Below are positions 9,309-18,526 of a stretch of DNA of 64,000 nt, piece after piece. Positions within the stretch are counted from its first letter, which is position 1; every line of letters starts with the position of its first letter. The DNA comes from a virus, in IMG/VR virus record IMGVR_UViG_3300027759_000048. One strand, given 5' to 3'. Both the position numbers and the translations under genes were made by a program. The notes under the pieces were generated by a model, which saw only the letters and a program-made list of their open reading frames with translations, was not told where the DNA came from and did not search any database.

Positions 9309-9926
9309 ATGACTACATTGAAAATTTGGAAAACACATCCCAACATTACAATTCCTAAACATCAAACCGAACAGTCGGCTTGTTTTGATCTAGCATTTCA
9401 AGGATCAGGCAAGCGAGACTATAATGGCTATTCACATATGAATAAGCCATTTGCTAGACCTATGAATGCTGCTATTAGCATTGCTCCTGGTGAGCGAGTT
9501 CTAGTGCCTACTGGTTGTATCATGGATATCCCAGAAGGCTACTCAGTTCGCATCCACGCTCGTTCTGGTACATCTTTAAAGCAAGGTCTCGTTCTTGCTA
9601 ATGCTGAAGGTGTTATTGATTCCGATTATGTTGAAGAAGTGTTTGTTATGCTTCACAACATCTCCGGTAATGCTGTTACAATCAATCATGGTGATCGTGT
9701 AGCACAAGCCGAGTTGGTTAAGAATGTAGAATATACAGTAGAAGAAACACCAGCGAGACCGCTACACAAGACAAAGCGCCAAGGTGGATTTGGTTCTACA
9801 GGTATCACTACAAAAGAGAATATGGTCGTCATAAATATTCCAGAAGCAAAGGAAGTCAAAGCAGAGACTTCGACTCCTGTTAAACGTGGTCGAGGTAGAC
9901 CAAAAGGATCAACTAAGAAGAAATGA
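9309..9926 (+). CDS. dut: trimeric dUTPase with C-terminal AT-hook extension
   Basis: SACFDL, ARSG, GVIDSDY, GDRVAQ, RQGGFGSTG; tail KRGRGRPKGS. Confidence 0.92.
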   Translation: MTTLKIWKTHPNITIPKHQTEQSACFDLAFQGSGKRDYNGYSHMNKPFARPMNAAISIAPGERVLVPTGCIMDIPEGYSVRIHARSGTSLKQGLVLANAEGVIDSDYVEEVFVMLHNISGNAVTINHGDRVAQAELVKNVEYTVEETPARPLHKTKRQGGFGSTGITTKENMVVINIPEAKEVKAETSTPVKRGRGRPKGSTKKK

Positions 9927-10636
9927 GTGGATTTCCAATTCATCTTGTAAGCATGTTGAGAATGTGTGGGGCATCTACATTGCCTCTACCTATTCCAATA
10001 AACAACATCTTCATCGGCGCTCAAATGCTGATGCCAGCTACACAAGGTGGATTAGATAGTCATAATCTTTTAGGAGCATTACAAGCATTATCGGGTAGTA
10101 ATGTTAATTTAGGACCGATGCAGATACCAGCGATTGCTGCTATCAAAGATATGGCTTCACCTGATATTCTGGGTTTAATACCTCACGTAACAGGTTTGCC
10201 GATACCGGTTCAAGGTGAGAATACAGTTCGCATAGGTTCTGGGAGTGCCGCTGCTGGTCTTGGTATGATGCAGCAACTCGGACTCGGTAACTTTGGTGCA
10301 TTAAATATTGGTGAACTAGTTTCTGTTGCTGGCACTGTCATGGGCACGGTTCAAAACTTTACTGGTATTGGTGGTGGAGCCGCAGTAGCACAGCTAGGTA
10401 ATTTACAAGGCGCACCAATTGGTCCAGGTACCACAGTAGTTGGTCAGACATCGGGTTACTCATTTACTTTTGCTAACTATTTTGATACAAGAGTAATGAC
10501 AGGAGACTATGCTTATCCTGCGATAGAGTCGGTATCAGACGCATTGGTTCAAGATGATGGACAATACATAGTAATACAAGATTACATAGATTTTTATCCA
10601 ACAATGAATTTAACAGCATCGGTGATAACACAATGA
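9923..10636 (+). CDS. divergent PAAR-like spike-tip protein (gp5.4-like) with C-terminal extension
   Basis: R.CGAST..N.F.G..G..DSH..GAL..V..G..D.A.PD..H..P..G..V..G spacing; late promoter CATAAATA at about 9830. Confidence 0.55.
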   Translation: MSGFPIHLVSMLRMCGASTLPLPIPINNIFIGAQMLMPATQGGLDSHNLLGALQALSGSNVNLGPMQIPAIAAIKDMASPDILGLIPHVTGLPIPVQGENTVRIGSGSAAAGLGMMQQLGLGNFGALNIGELVSVAGTVMGTVQNFTGIGGGAAVAQLGNLQGAPIGPGTTVVGQTSGYSFTFANYFDTRVMTGDYAYPAIESVSDALVQDDGQYIVIQDYIDFYPTMNLTASVITQ

Positions 10637-11505
10637 CAGTATCAATAGCAAACATGGCTCAGGTATGGATGAGCAATACTAATACCTACAATGGTATTGC
10701 TATGAGCATTTCAACTATGGGTTTTGGTGCCAATGCTAGTTCAAGACTTTTTAAATTGAATGTTGATGGTAATACAAAGTTTGACATTGATGCTAATGGT
10801 CGTGTCTCAGCAATAGATATCGTTGCTAATACAGTATCAGTCAATACTATCATTGCTCTATCATCAGCAAACGCAATTACAACAGGATCTCTTATCGCAA
10901 ATACAGTAACGGTTAATAATACATTAACAGTTACAGGTAATACAACTTCCGGTAATGTGACAGCAACAAATGTTGTTCGGGCGAGTAGAATTGCAGCAAC
11001 CTCAAGTTTTGCTGCTCCTGGTGTTGCTGTTCAATTAGTGTATAATCGTGTTGACTCAAAAGATGTTTATAGTTTTGCCACTGCTGGATCTACAGGAGCC
11101 TATATTACATCACTCAATACAACAATAACACCAAGATCAGCTACAAGTAATGTATTAGTTACTTATTGTATAAGTTATGAAGTGGTTCACGATACTATCT
11201 TTAGATTATACCGAAGTGTCGGCGGCGTTGATACGATGATTGGTACTAATACCACAGATGCTAATTATTGGTCGGGTGTTTGGAATCCTGGTTATGATGC
11301 GGATAATGCTTCTACGCCTATGACAACTACTTTTATGTATTTGGATTCACCTGCGACCACATCAGCAATAACTTATAAATTAATGATACAATCAGCAGGA
11401 ACTGGTGCCTCTTCATTCTATTTAAATCGAACAATCAATTCCGCAGGACAAGGTAGTTATGAGGTTGCTATCTCTCAGGTATTCTTACAGGAAATTGCAC
11501 AATAA
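10633..11505 (+). CDS. putative tail fibre / virion structural protein
   Basis: T/N/A/S-rich beta repeats (ANTVSVNT, ANTVTVNNT); C-terminal DSPATTSAITYK..Q..EIA fibre-tip-like domain. Confidence 0.65.
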   Translation: MTVSIANMAQVWMSNTNTYNGIAMSISTMGFGANASSRLFKLNVDGNTKFDIDANGRVSAIDIVANTVSVNTIIALSSANAITTGSLIANTVTVNNTLTVTGNTTSGNVTATNVVRASRIAATSSFAAPGVAVQLVYNRVDSKDVYSFATAGSTGAYITSLNTTITPRSATSNVLVTYCISYEVVHDTIFRLYRSVGGVDTMIGTNTTDANYWSGVWNPGYDADNASTPMTTTFMYLDSPATTSAITYKLMIQSAGTGASSFYLNRTINSAGQGSYEVAISQVFLQEIAQ

Positions 11506-11508
11506 CCC

Positions 11509-11538
11509 TTGACAAATATATGACAATTACTATATAAT
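11509..11538 (+). promoter_or_regulatory. sigma70-type promoter of hsp20
   Basis: TTGACA-N18-TATAAT. Confidence 0.75.
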
Positions 11539-11541
11539 GTA

Positions 11542-11597
11542 ATGACGGTAGCCGAAAGGTATCGTCGTTATATCTCGCTTAATAGGAGAACAACATG
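11542..11597 (+). promoter_or_regulatory. ROSE-like RNA thermometer in the hsp20 5' UTR
   Basis: 5' GAAA-loop hairpin, then TCTCGCT-TAAT-AGGAGA, which pairs the SD with a bulged G. Confidence 0.7.
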
Positions 11598-12116
11598 AAC
11601 GCATTTAGAGAATTTAATAACAATCTATACAAGAACGCTATCGGTTTCGAGACTATCTTTGATCGACTCCGTGAAGCATCAGAAGCCCTGCCTAAGATTC
11701 CAGCATACCCACCATACAACATCAAGAAGGTCGATGATGAACATTTCGTGATTGAAATGGCTGTGGCTGGCTTTGGTAAGACTGATCTTGATATTGAATT
11801 GAAAGATGACACACTGACAGTAACAGGTAAACACGATGCCACTGATAATGATTACATCTATCAAGGTATCGCCAATCGTGCCTTTACTCGCCAGTTTACA
11901 CTTGCTGACACTGTAGTGGTAAAGAATGCGGAGTTAGTCAATGGTCTACTTAAAATTGCTCTTGAACGTTTTATCCCCGAAGAGAAGAAAGCCAAGAAAA
12001 TCGACATCTTGGATCCGTTCGGTGTTCAGGAGACGACCAAACACCTACTCACTGAGGGCACAAAAGCGTGGACTCAGGGACTACAGAAAATCGCTGATAC
12101 AATGACACCTAAATAA
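11595..12116 (+). CDS. hsp20: small heat shock protein Hsp20 (IbpA-like)
   Basis: YPPYNI, IEMAVAGF, YQGIANRAFTRQFTLAD, AELVNGLLKI. Confidence 0.95.
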   Translation: MNAFREFNNNLYKNAIGFETIFDRLREASEALPKIPAYPPYNIKKVDDEHFVIEMAVAGFGKTDLDIELKDDTLTVTGKHDATDNDYIYQGIANRAFTRQFTLADTVVVKNAELVNGLLKIALERFIPEEKKAKKIDILDPFGVQETTKHLLTEGTKAWTQGLQKIADTMTPK

Positions 12117-12126
12117 GTATAACATG

Positions 12127-12162
12127 GACGGGGCCTCTGTTATCAAGCCCCGTTCTTCTTTA
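12127..12162 (+). terminator. intrinsic terminator
   Basis: ACGGGGC...GCCCCGT followed by TCTTCTTT. Confidence 0.7.
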
Positions 12163-12172
12163 TGAGGTTATT

Positions 12173-12922
12173 ATGAAACTAGTGATTGAAAAACCCGTTA
12201 CTGTAATCACGCCTACTATTGGATCATCAAAACTTATTGACGCTGTAGAAAGTGTTAGTAATCAGACATACAAGTGTAATCATCTCATTGTTATTGATGG
12301 TCGTGAATACGCTACACCAGTATATGAACAACTTGGGCAACCCGATCGATCAGGAACACAGATTGTCATTGCTCCAGAGAACACTGGCAAGACTGGCGGC
12401 AACTTTTATGGTCATCGTATCTATGCTGCTTATCCACATCTAATCAATTCGGATTACATTCTCTTCCTTGATGAAGACAACTGGTATGAGCCTAATCATG
12501 TTCAAACACTTATCGAAACAATCGAAAGTAAGAACCTCGATTTTTCTTTCTCCCTCCGTAAGATTTTCAACCCTGAGCGGACGTATCTATTGGACGACAA
12601 TTGTGAAAGTCTCGGTAAATGGCCGATTTTCATGTCACGCCACTCACCGCACGGACCACAATACCTAATCGATACATCATCATTCTGTTTCAAGAGAGAG
12701 TTTATCCAAAAGACTTGTCATCTCTGGCATTCTGGTTGGGGTGGTGATCGTATGTTTCTTCATGCTGTTAAAGATCAAGCTAAGTTTGATACAAACGGTA
12801 AACATACACTATGCTATCGTTTAGATGGTAATCCTAATTCAGTAACAAAAGAGTTTTTCGAGACAGGTAACAAAACACAACAAGCATATTATGAAGGGAA
12901 GTATCCATGGCTAAAGACCTAA
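12173..12922 (+). CDS. glycosyltransferase family 2
   Basis: VTVITPT, SVSNQTY, IVIDG, FLDEDN. Confidence 0.85.
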   Translation: MKLVIEKPVTVITPTIGSSKLIDAVESVSNQTYKCNHLIVIDGREYATPVYEQLGQPDRSGTQIVIAPENTGKTGGNFYGHRIYAAYPHLINSDYILFLDEDNWYEPNHVQTLIETIESKNLDFSFSLRKIFNPERTYLLDDNCESLGKWPIFMSRHSPHGPQYLIDTSSFCFKREFIQKTCHLWHSGWGGDRMFLHAVKDQAKFDTNGKHTLCYRLDGNPNSVTKEFFETGNKTQQAYYEGKYPWLKT

Positions 12923-13845
12923 TCATAGGCGGAGCCAGTAACTACAATTGGAATCAGTTGCGTTATTGGGTCAATTCAATCAAGAAGACTGGTTTCAAAG
13001 GTGACATTGTTTTAGTTGCTACAAACATGTCAGGCGATACAGTAAAGAAACTTGTGGAAGAAGATGTAAAAGTTTATGCTTATGGCAATCGTACCGAAGA
13101 TGGTGGCATTGCTAAAACAGAAAACAACATTCCTCCACATGTAGAACGTTTCATTTTCATCTGGGATTTCCTACGCAAGAACAAAGATGAATACCGTTTT
13201 GTCACCGTCACTGATACCCGTGATGTTATCTTTCAGAAAGATCCAACAGAATTTCTTGAAAGCAAGTTGTTGTATGGTGCGGCATCTATGGTGTGTGCCT
13301 CAGAAGGATTGGCATACAAAGATGAGCCGTGGGGTAGTAAAAATCTACTTGACACATTCGGTCCATTGGTGTATGATGAGTTGAAAGATAAGTTGATTTA
13401 CAATGTAGGAACAATTGCTGGATTTGCTGATGAGGTTAGAGACCTTCTAATTCAGATTTTCTTTCAGTCAGTCAATCGTCCTATTCCTATTGTTGACCAG
13501 GCTGTGTTCAACTTTATCATTAGCATGGCTGCTTATGAATTGGAGATTATTAGAACAAGTAATGAGAGTGGTTGGGCTGTTCAACTTGGAACGACACTAG
13601 AAGCAATCAAAGCTGGTGCTGGTGACATTGGACAGATTGTTAGACAAGACCCGTCTAAACTTGACGAATATATAAAAGTGTATAAAGACACACAGCCTAT
13701 CATAAAAGATGACCTTGTGACAAACGAATACATACCTTTCACGATTGTCCATCAATGGGATCGTGTTCCTGCTATTAGAGACCTTGTTGAGAAAGTATAT
13801 GGTGATGGAAAATGCGAGGAAGTGATAACTCTAAAAACACACTAA
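12907..13845 (+). CDS. putative glycosyltransferase (GT-A like)
   Basis: TDTRDVIFQKDP, NVGTIAG, DQAVFN, HQWDR. Confidence 0.65.
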   Translation: MAKDLIIGGASNYNWNQLRYWVNSIKKTGFKGDIVLVATNMSGDTVKKLVEEDVKVYAYGNRTEDGGIAKTENNIPPHVERFIFIWDFLRKNKDEYRFVTVTDTRDVIFQKDPTEFLESKLLYGAASMVCASEGLAYKDEPWGSKNLLDTFGPLVYDELKDKLIYNVGTIAGFADEVRDLLIQIFFQSVNRPIPIVDQAVFNFIISMAAYELEIIRTSNESGWAVQLGTTLEAIKAGAGDIGQIVRQDPSKLDEYIKVYKDTQPIIKDDLVTNEYIPFTIVHQWDRVPAIRDLVEKVYGDGKCEEVITLKTH

Positions 13846-14687
13846 GACTAGGCTTTGCTGATACCTTTGATGGTGCCAAAGAATATTTTACTAGTCTGTT
13901 ATCAAAACGATTTGAGATAGTCCGGGACGATGAGCGCCCGGATTATCTTATATTTGGTGATAGAAACTTTGGTGAAAGTAATCTAAGATATCAGAATTGT
14001 GTTCGTATCTTCTACACAGGTGAGAACCAGCGTCCGTCTGATTACAGATGTAACTTTTCTATTTCATTTGACCATCCTACAACAAGTAGAATGTTTCGTT
14101 TGCCTCTCTATCTAATCTATGAGTTTGACCATAAGATTTGGCAGAATAGAGAAGCAAGACATGAGGATGATTTCAACACAAAAAAGTTCTGTTCATTTGT
14201 TGTAAAGAATCCTGGATGTAAGTATCGTAACGATTACTTCGGCATTCTATCAAAGGTTGATCAGGTAGATTCCGCTGGTCCTCTATTCAATAATATGTAT
14301 GAAGGATGGCGGCCTGAAAGCGTTGCTGAAAAAGTAAAGTTTATGAGCAAGTATCGTTTCAATCTTTGCTTTGAGAATAGTTCTTATCCTGGCTACTGTA
14401 CCGAGAAACTATTTGAGGCTCTTTGTGCTAAGACTGTTCCAATCTATTGGGGTAGTCCAACTGCGGCACTAGATTTCAATCCAAGAGCATTCATTAACCG
14501 TTATGACTATTCTAGCGAACAAGAGTTCTTTGATGCTATCATTAGACTACATACTAACAAGGACGCATACAACCAATACTATCTACAGCCTATGTTTAGA
14601 GATGATGAGTTTATCAGAAACTTCAATCCTGATAACTTCCTAGATTGGTTTCAACAAAATGTATATCAAGGTGTGATCAACAAATGA
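13812..14687 (+). CDS. alpha-1,3-fucosyltransferase-like (GT10)
   Basis: IFYTGEN, KKFCSFVV.NP, YRFNLCFENSSYPGYCTEKL..A...TVPIYWG. Confidence 0.9.
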   Translation: MRGSDNSKNTLRLGFADTFDGAKEYFTSLLSKRFEIVRDDERPDYLIFGDRNFGESNLRYQNCVRIFYTGENQRPSDYRCNFSISFDHPTTSRMFRLPLYLIYEFDHKIWQNREARHEDDFNTKKFCSFVVKNPGCKYRNDYFGILSKVDQVDSAGPLFNNMYEGWRPESVAEKVKFMSKYRFNLCFENSSYPGYCTEKLFEALCAKTVPIYWGSPTAALDFNPRAFINRYDYSSEQEFFDAIIRLHTNKDAYNQYYLQPMFRDDEFIRNFNPDNFLDWFQQNVYQGVINK

Positions 14688-15412
14688 ATAAAGCCCTAAT
14701 CATTACTCCCACAGGTCGTCCGATCTACTTTCATGAAGATTATGATAAAGATAATCATTGGCGCTATACAAAGCCAGAACGCACATATGAAACTTGTGTG
14801 GTAGTCTATAATGACTTTCAGCCAGAACCAGGAACATATGACTACATAATTCGCCGTAAAGGTCTAAAGTGGAATCTTGCTCCTGAAGTTTCAAAGATTA
14901 TCAACTGGGAAGATTATGATTACATTGGTGTATGGGATGATGATTATGCTACCGACATTCAGTCAATCAACAAGTCACTAGCATATGCTCGGCGTTATGA
15001 TTTCAGATTGTTTCAACAATCAACAACCTCATTTCAGACATATGATTGCCTCAAGCATAACCCAGAGTTTGCTTTTACAGAAACTAACTTTATTGAACTA
15101 GGTGTGCCATTCTTTCGTAATGATATCTATCGTAAGGTTCTTCGTTTTTTAGACGCATACAGATATGAAGCATCGGATTGGGGTATTGATAAAGTCTTAT
15201 GCTATTATTTACAAGCATCTGCCCATGTTGTCCATGAAACAACTGTTAGACATATGCTGCCTGATGAAAGCACATACAATAAAGAAGACGGTTTCAGAGA
15301 GATGGAATATCTCATGCGAGAGTTCTTTCCGAAGTATATGAAAGAGAACTTTGGTTTGGACTATCAGTATTCAGATGTTCAACAGACGATAAGGGCTTAT
15401 AAAAATGGGTAA
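14684..15412 (+). CDS. DUF707-like putative glycosyltransferase
   Basis: YDYIGVWDDD, TNFIELGVPFF, WGID. Confidence 0.65.
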   Translation: MNKALIITPTGRPIYFHEDYDKDNHWRYTKPERTYETCVVVYNDFQPEPGTYDYIIRRKGLKWNLAPEVSKIINWEDYDYIGVWDDDYATDIQSINKSLAYARRYDFRLFQQSTTSFQTYDCLKHNPEFAFTETNFIELGVPFFRNDIYRKVLRFLDAYRYEASDWGIDKVLCYYLQASAHVVHETTVRHMLPDESTYNKEDGFREMEYLMREFFPKYMKENFGLDYQYSDVQQTIRAYKNG

Positions 15413-16205
15413 TATGACACGATACATCAATTGGATGGAAGTGACACAACAGTATAATAGAGGTCTACCTTTTAATCACGTAGTTATTGATGATTTCTTT
15501 TTGCCACACGTAGCAGAACAATTGGCTAATGAGTTTCCAGATTACAACGATCCTTCTCTTGGCTACTATAACAATGCTATTGAGAACAAGAAAGTCTTCA
15601 ACAAATGGGACAAGTTTCCTAAGCTAACGTATCAAGTATTCACTATGCTTGGTCGTTTCAACTTTCTGTTTAATGTCAGAGGTCTTATTGGCAATCCCAA
15701 TACAACTGAGTTATGGATGGATTATGGTCTGAATGGTGGTGGATGGCATATGCATACCAAAGGTGGCAAGAACAATGTTCACCTTGATTACAACATTCAT
15801 CCTAAACTTGGTGAACAGCGCAAACTGAACATCATTATCTATATGACGCCAGACTGGAAGACAGAATGGGAAGGCGGCCTAGAGCTATGGACACACGATT
15901 CAGAAAAGAGACGCCCGAAGAATTTGGTAAAGACAGTTGAAAACAAATTCAATCGTGCCGTTATCTTTGACACAACACAGAATAGCTGGCATGGTCTTCC
16001 TAAAGAACTAAAGTGTCCAGAAGGTGTTGTTCGCAAATCTCTTGCTGCTTACTATGTTCAGCCTGCTCCTGTTGGTGCTGATCCTCGTGGTAAAGCATTG
16101 TTTGCTCCTACAAAAGAACAAGAAGGTAATCCAGAGATTGAGCAACTAATCCGAGATAGATCCAATGTTGCTACGGCAGACAAGTTTCATGCAGGAGACA
16201 AATAA
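15405..16205 (+). CDS. 2OG-Fe(II) oxygenase
   Basis: PFNHVVIDDF, VHLDYN, WEGGLELW, SWHG, RKSLAAYY. Confidence 0.9.
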   Translation: MGNMTRYINWMEVTQQYNRGLPFNHVVIDDFFLPHVAEQLANEFPDYNDPSLGYYNNAIENKKVFNKWDKFPKLTYQVFTMLGRFNFLFNVRGLIGNPNTTELWMDYGLNGGGWHMHTKGGKNNVHLDYNIHPKLGEQRKLNIIIYMTPDWKTEWEGGLELWTHDSEKRRPKNLVKTVENKFNRAVIFDTTQNSWHGLPKELKCPEGVVRKSLAAYYVQPAPVGADPRGKALFAPTKEQEGNPEIEQLIRDRSNVATADKFHAGDK

Positions 16206-16915
16206 TGGAAGAGACTGATGTAGTATTCTTCATCAATAGTGCTATGAATGTGACTGGTCGTTCCCTCTACTCTAATGATGTTAGATGGGAACAGACACAA
16301 GAGACCATTTTATCTATTGACAAACAGGTACCAAATAATATAAAATACTTAATTGATGGATCTTATCTACCTATCGAGGAAGAGAAACTTGACTGGTTGA
16401 AAGATCATGGTGTTCGTATGGCTTTCACAGGTCATATTCCTGGTATTGCTGAGATATCACAGAACATCGCTCAGTATGGTATTGGTAATAGTATTGCCGA
16501 AACTCGTTCTATGTTTCTGTTTGTTTCTACTTTTCTAGAGACAGAGTATAAGAACATCAAGGCAAAGCGTATCTGTAAGTTATCTGGTAGGTATAAGATT
16601 AATGAAAACTTTAAGTGGAGTGATCCTGCTTATGAAAACAAGTATGTCTTTGTGAAGCATCACCCATCAAATAGTCCTGTGAAAGATCAAATCGGTCTTA
16701 CAGGTTTGTTTGTTGTGCGTTGCTGGCACATGGATTATGCTCTACTAGATAACTACAGAGAGGTTATCAGAAACATTGCTGCCGATTGCGCCAGTCTCGG
16801 TATCGATGCTGAAAACTCTTATTACAAAAACATTCCTAAAGATTTACTTTATGAAGTGGAAAAGATTGGCGTAGAAGGTTATGTCTCACCCGTGGGAGTC
16901 TATGAAAATGAGTAA
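16205..16915 (+). CDS. hypothetical protein (KLSGRY motif, glycan-cluster associated)
   Basis: Translationally coupled 236-aa ORF. Confidence 0.7.
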   Translation: MEETDVVFFINSAMNVTGRSLYSNDVRWEQTQETILSIDKQVPNNIKYLIDGSYLPIEEEKLDWLKDHGVRMAFTGHIPGIAEISQNIAQYGIGNSIAETRSMFLFVSTFLETEYKNIKAKRICKLSGRYKINENFKWSDPAYENKYVFVKHHPSNSPVKDQIGLTGLFVVRCWHMDYALLDNYREVIRNIAADCASLGIDAENSYYKNIPKDLLYEVEKIGVEGYVSPVGVYENE

Positions 16916-17954
16916 AACACTATTGGTTACAGGTGGTGCCGGGTTTATCGGTCACCACGTTATTGACTTGTTCCTTCAGAAAACTGATTGGAACATTGTA
17001 TCGTTAGATCGCCTAGATTACTCTGGCAATCTAAATCGTCTTGATGATGTTGTTCGTCGTTATGATGTGGCAACACGCAAGAGAGTAAAAGTTGTGTATG
17101 GTGATCTTCGTGCCGAAGTTACATCATTACAGCAAAACTTTATTGGTGATGTTGATTACATCTTACACATGGCAGCGTCGTCACACGTTGACCGCTCTAT
17201 TGAAGATCCAATGTCATTCGTTATGGACAATGTTGTCGGCACAGTAAATATTCTAAACTTTGCCCGCAAATGTTCCAATCTAAAGAGGTTCGTCTATTTC
17301 AGCACCGACGAAGTATTCGGTCCTGCTCCTGGTACAATTACATATGGAGAACGTGATCGTTACAACTCAACTAATCCTTATTCGGCGTCTAAGGCTGCTG
17401 GTGAAGAGATGTGTGTTTCGTTCGAGAACACATACAAGTTGCCTATCTTCATTACACATACAATGAATGTCTTTGGTCAGCGTCAGCATCCAGAGAAGTT
17501 CTTACCAATGTGTATTCGTAAGGTTCGCAATGAAGAAACTGTTACGATCCATTCAGATCCATCAAAGACTGTTCCTGGTTCACGTTTCTATATTCATGCG
17601 GCTGATGTTGCTGATGCTATGTATTTCCTACTACATCTATCACCAGAGCAGGTTGCTAAAGTTCATGAGCCTGATTATGGTGGAGCTAAGTGTCCTAAGT
17701 TCAATGTTGTTGGTAAAGAAGAAATCAACAATCTAGAACTAGCTAAGTATGTTGCTGGCGCAGAAGGCAAAGAACTAAACTATGAAATGGTTGACTTCCA
17801 TTCTTCACGTCCAGGTCATGACTTGCGTTATGGTCTATCAGGTGAGTATATGAAATCACTTGGTTGGGAACCGAAATATACATTGCGTGAGCGTATCAAA
17901 GAAGTGGTCGACTGGTCACTTGCTAACCCAGAATGGATTGAGGTGACAGAATGA
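16908..17954 (+). CDS. rmlB: dTDP-glucose 4,6-dehydratase
   Basis: GGAGFIG, AASSHVDRSI, STDEVFG, YSASKA, QHPEKF, RPGHDLRY. Confidence 0.92.
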   Translation: MSKTLLVTGGAGFIGHHVIDLFLQKTDWNIVSLDRLDYSGNLNRLDDVVRRYDVATRKRVKVVYGDLRAEVTSLQQNFIGDVDYILHMAASSHVDRSIEDPMSFVMDNVVGTVNILNFARKCSNLKRFVYFSTDEVFGPAPGTITYGERDRYNSTNPYSASKAAGEEMCVSFENTYKLPIFITHTMNVFGQRQHPEKFLPMCIRKVRNEETVTIHSDPSKTVPGSRFYIHAADVADAMYFLLHLSPEQVAKVHEPDYGGAKCPKFNVVGKEEINNLELAKYVAGAEGKELNYEMVDFHSSRPGHDLRYGLSGEYMKSLGWEPKYTLRERIKEVVDWSLANPEWIEVTE

Positions 17955-18523
17955 GTAACGGTGTAACATATACAATTATTGATCCTATGCCAGACCCACA
18001 ATGGGTATCTGGTAAAGATGTTCTTCCATTACTAAAGGACTTTGTTAATCCTGTTGGTATTGAAATCGGTGTTGATGAAGCACCAACGAGTTGGTTCTTT
18101 CTCAAGAATAGACCAGACTTGAAGCTATATGGTGTGGATCCTTATCAGGCATATCAAGATTGGTATCCAGAAGGTTATATCAGTCAGCGTCAACAGGACG
18201 AGAAGTATGAAAATATGCGTCGTCGTACCGCAGAGTTTGGTGATAGATGGAAGCATTATCGTCTAACATCCGACGATGCTGTTCCGTTGTTTCAAGACAA
18301 TGCGTTTGACTTTATCTTCATTGACGGTCTACATGAGTATGCTCAGGTTCTAACAGACTGTCGCAACTACTGGCCTAAGATTAAGAAGGGCGGAGTATTT
18401 GCTGGCCATGACTATCGTGTAATTGAAGGCGTTGGTCGTGCGGTTGATGAATTTGCTAAAGAGATGGGAGCAACACCAATTCATCTTCCTGAGCAAGACG
18501 CATGGTATTGGATTAAGGAGTAA
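17951..18523 (+). CDS. class I SAM-dependent O-methyltransferase (Methyltransf_24-like)
   Basis: EIGV, GVDPY, FDFIFIDGLHEY, GGVFAGHDY. Confidence 0.85.
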   Translation: MSNGVTYTIIDPMPDPQWVSGKDVLPLLKDFVNPVGIEIGVDEAPTSWFFLKNRPDLKLYGVDPYQAYQDWYPEGYISQRQQDEKYENMRRRTAEFGDRWKHYRLTSDDAVPLFQDNAFDFIFIDGLHEYAQVLTDCRNYWPKIKKGGVFAGHDYRVIEGVGRAVDEFAKEMGATPIHLPEQDAWYWIKE

Positions 18524-18526
18524 ACT

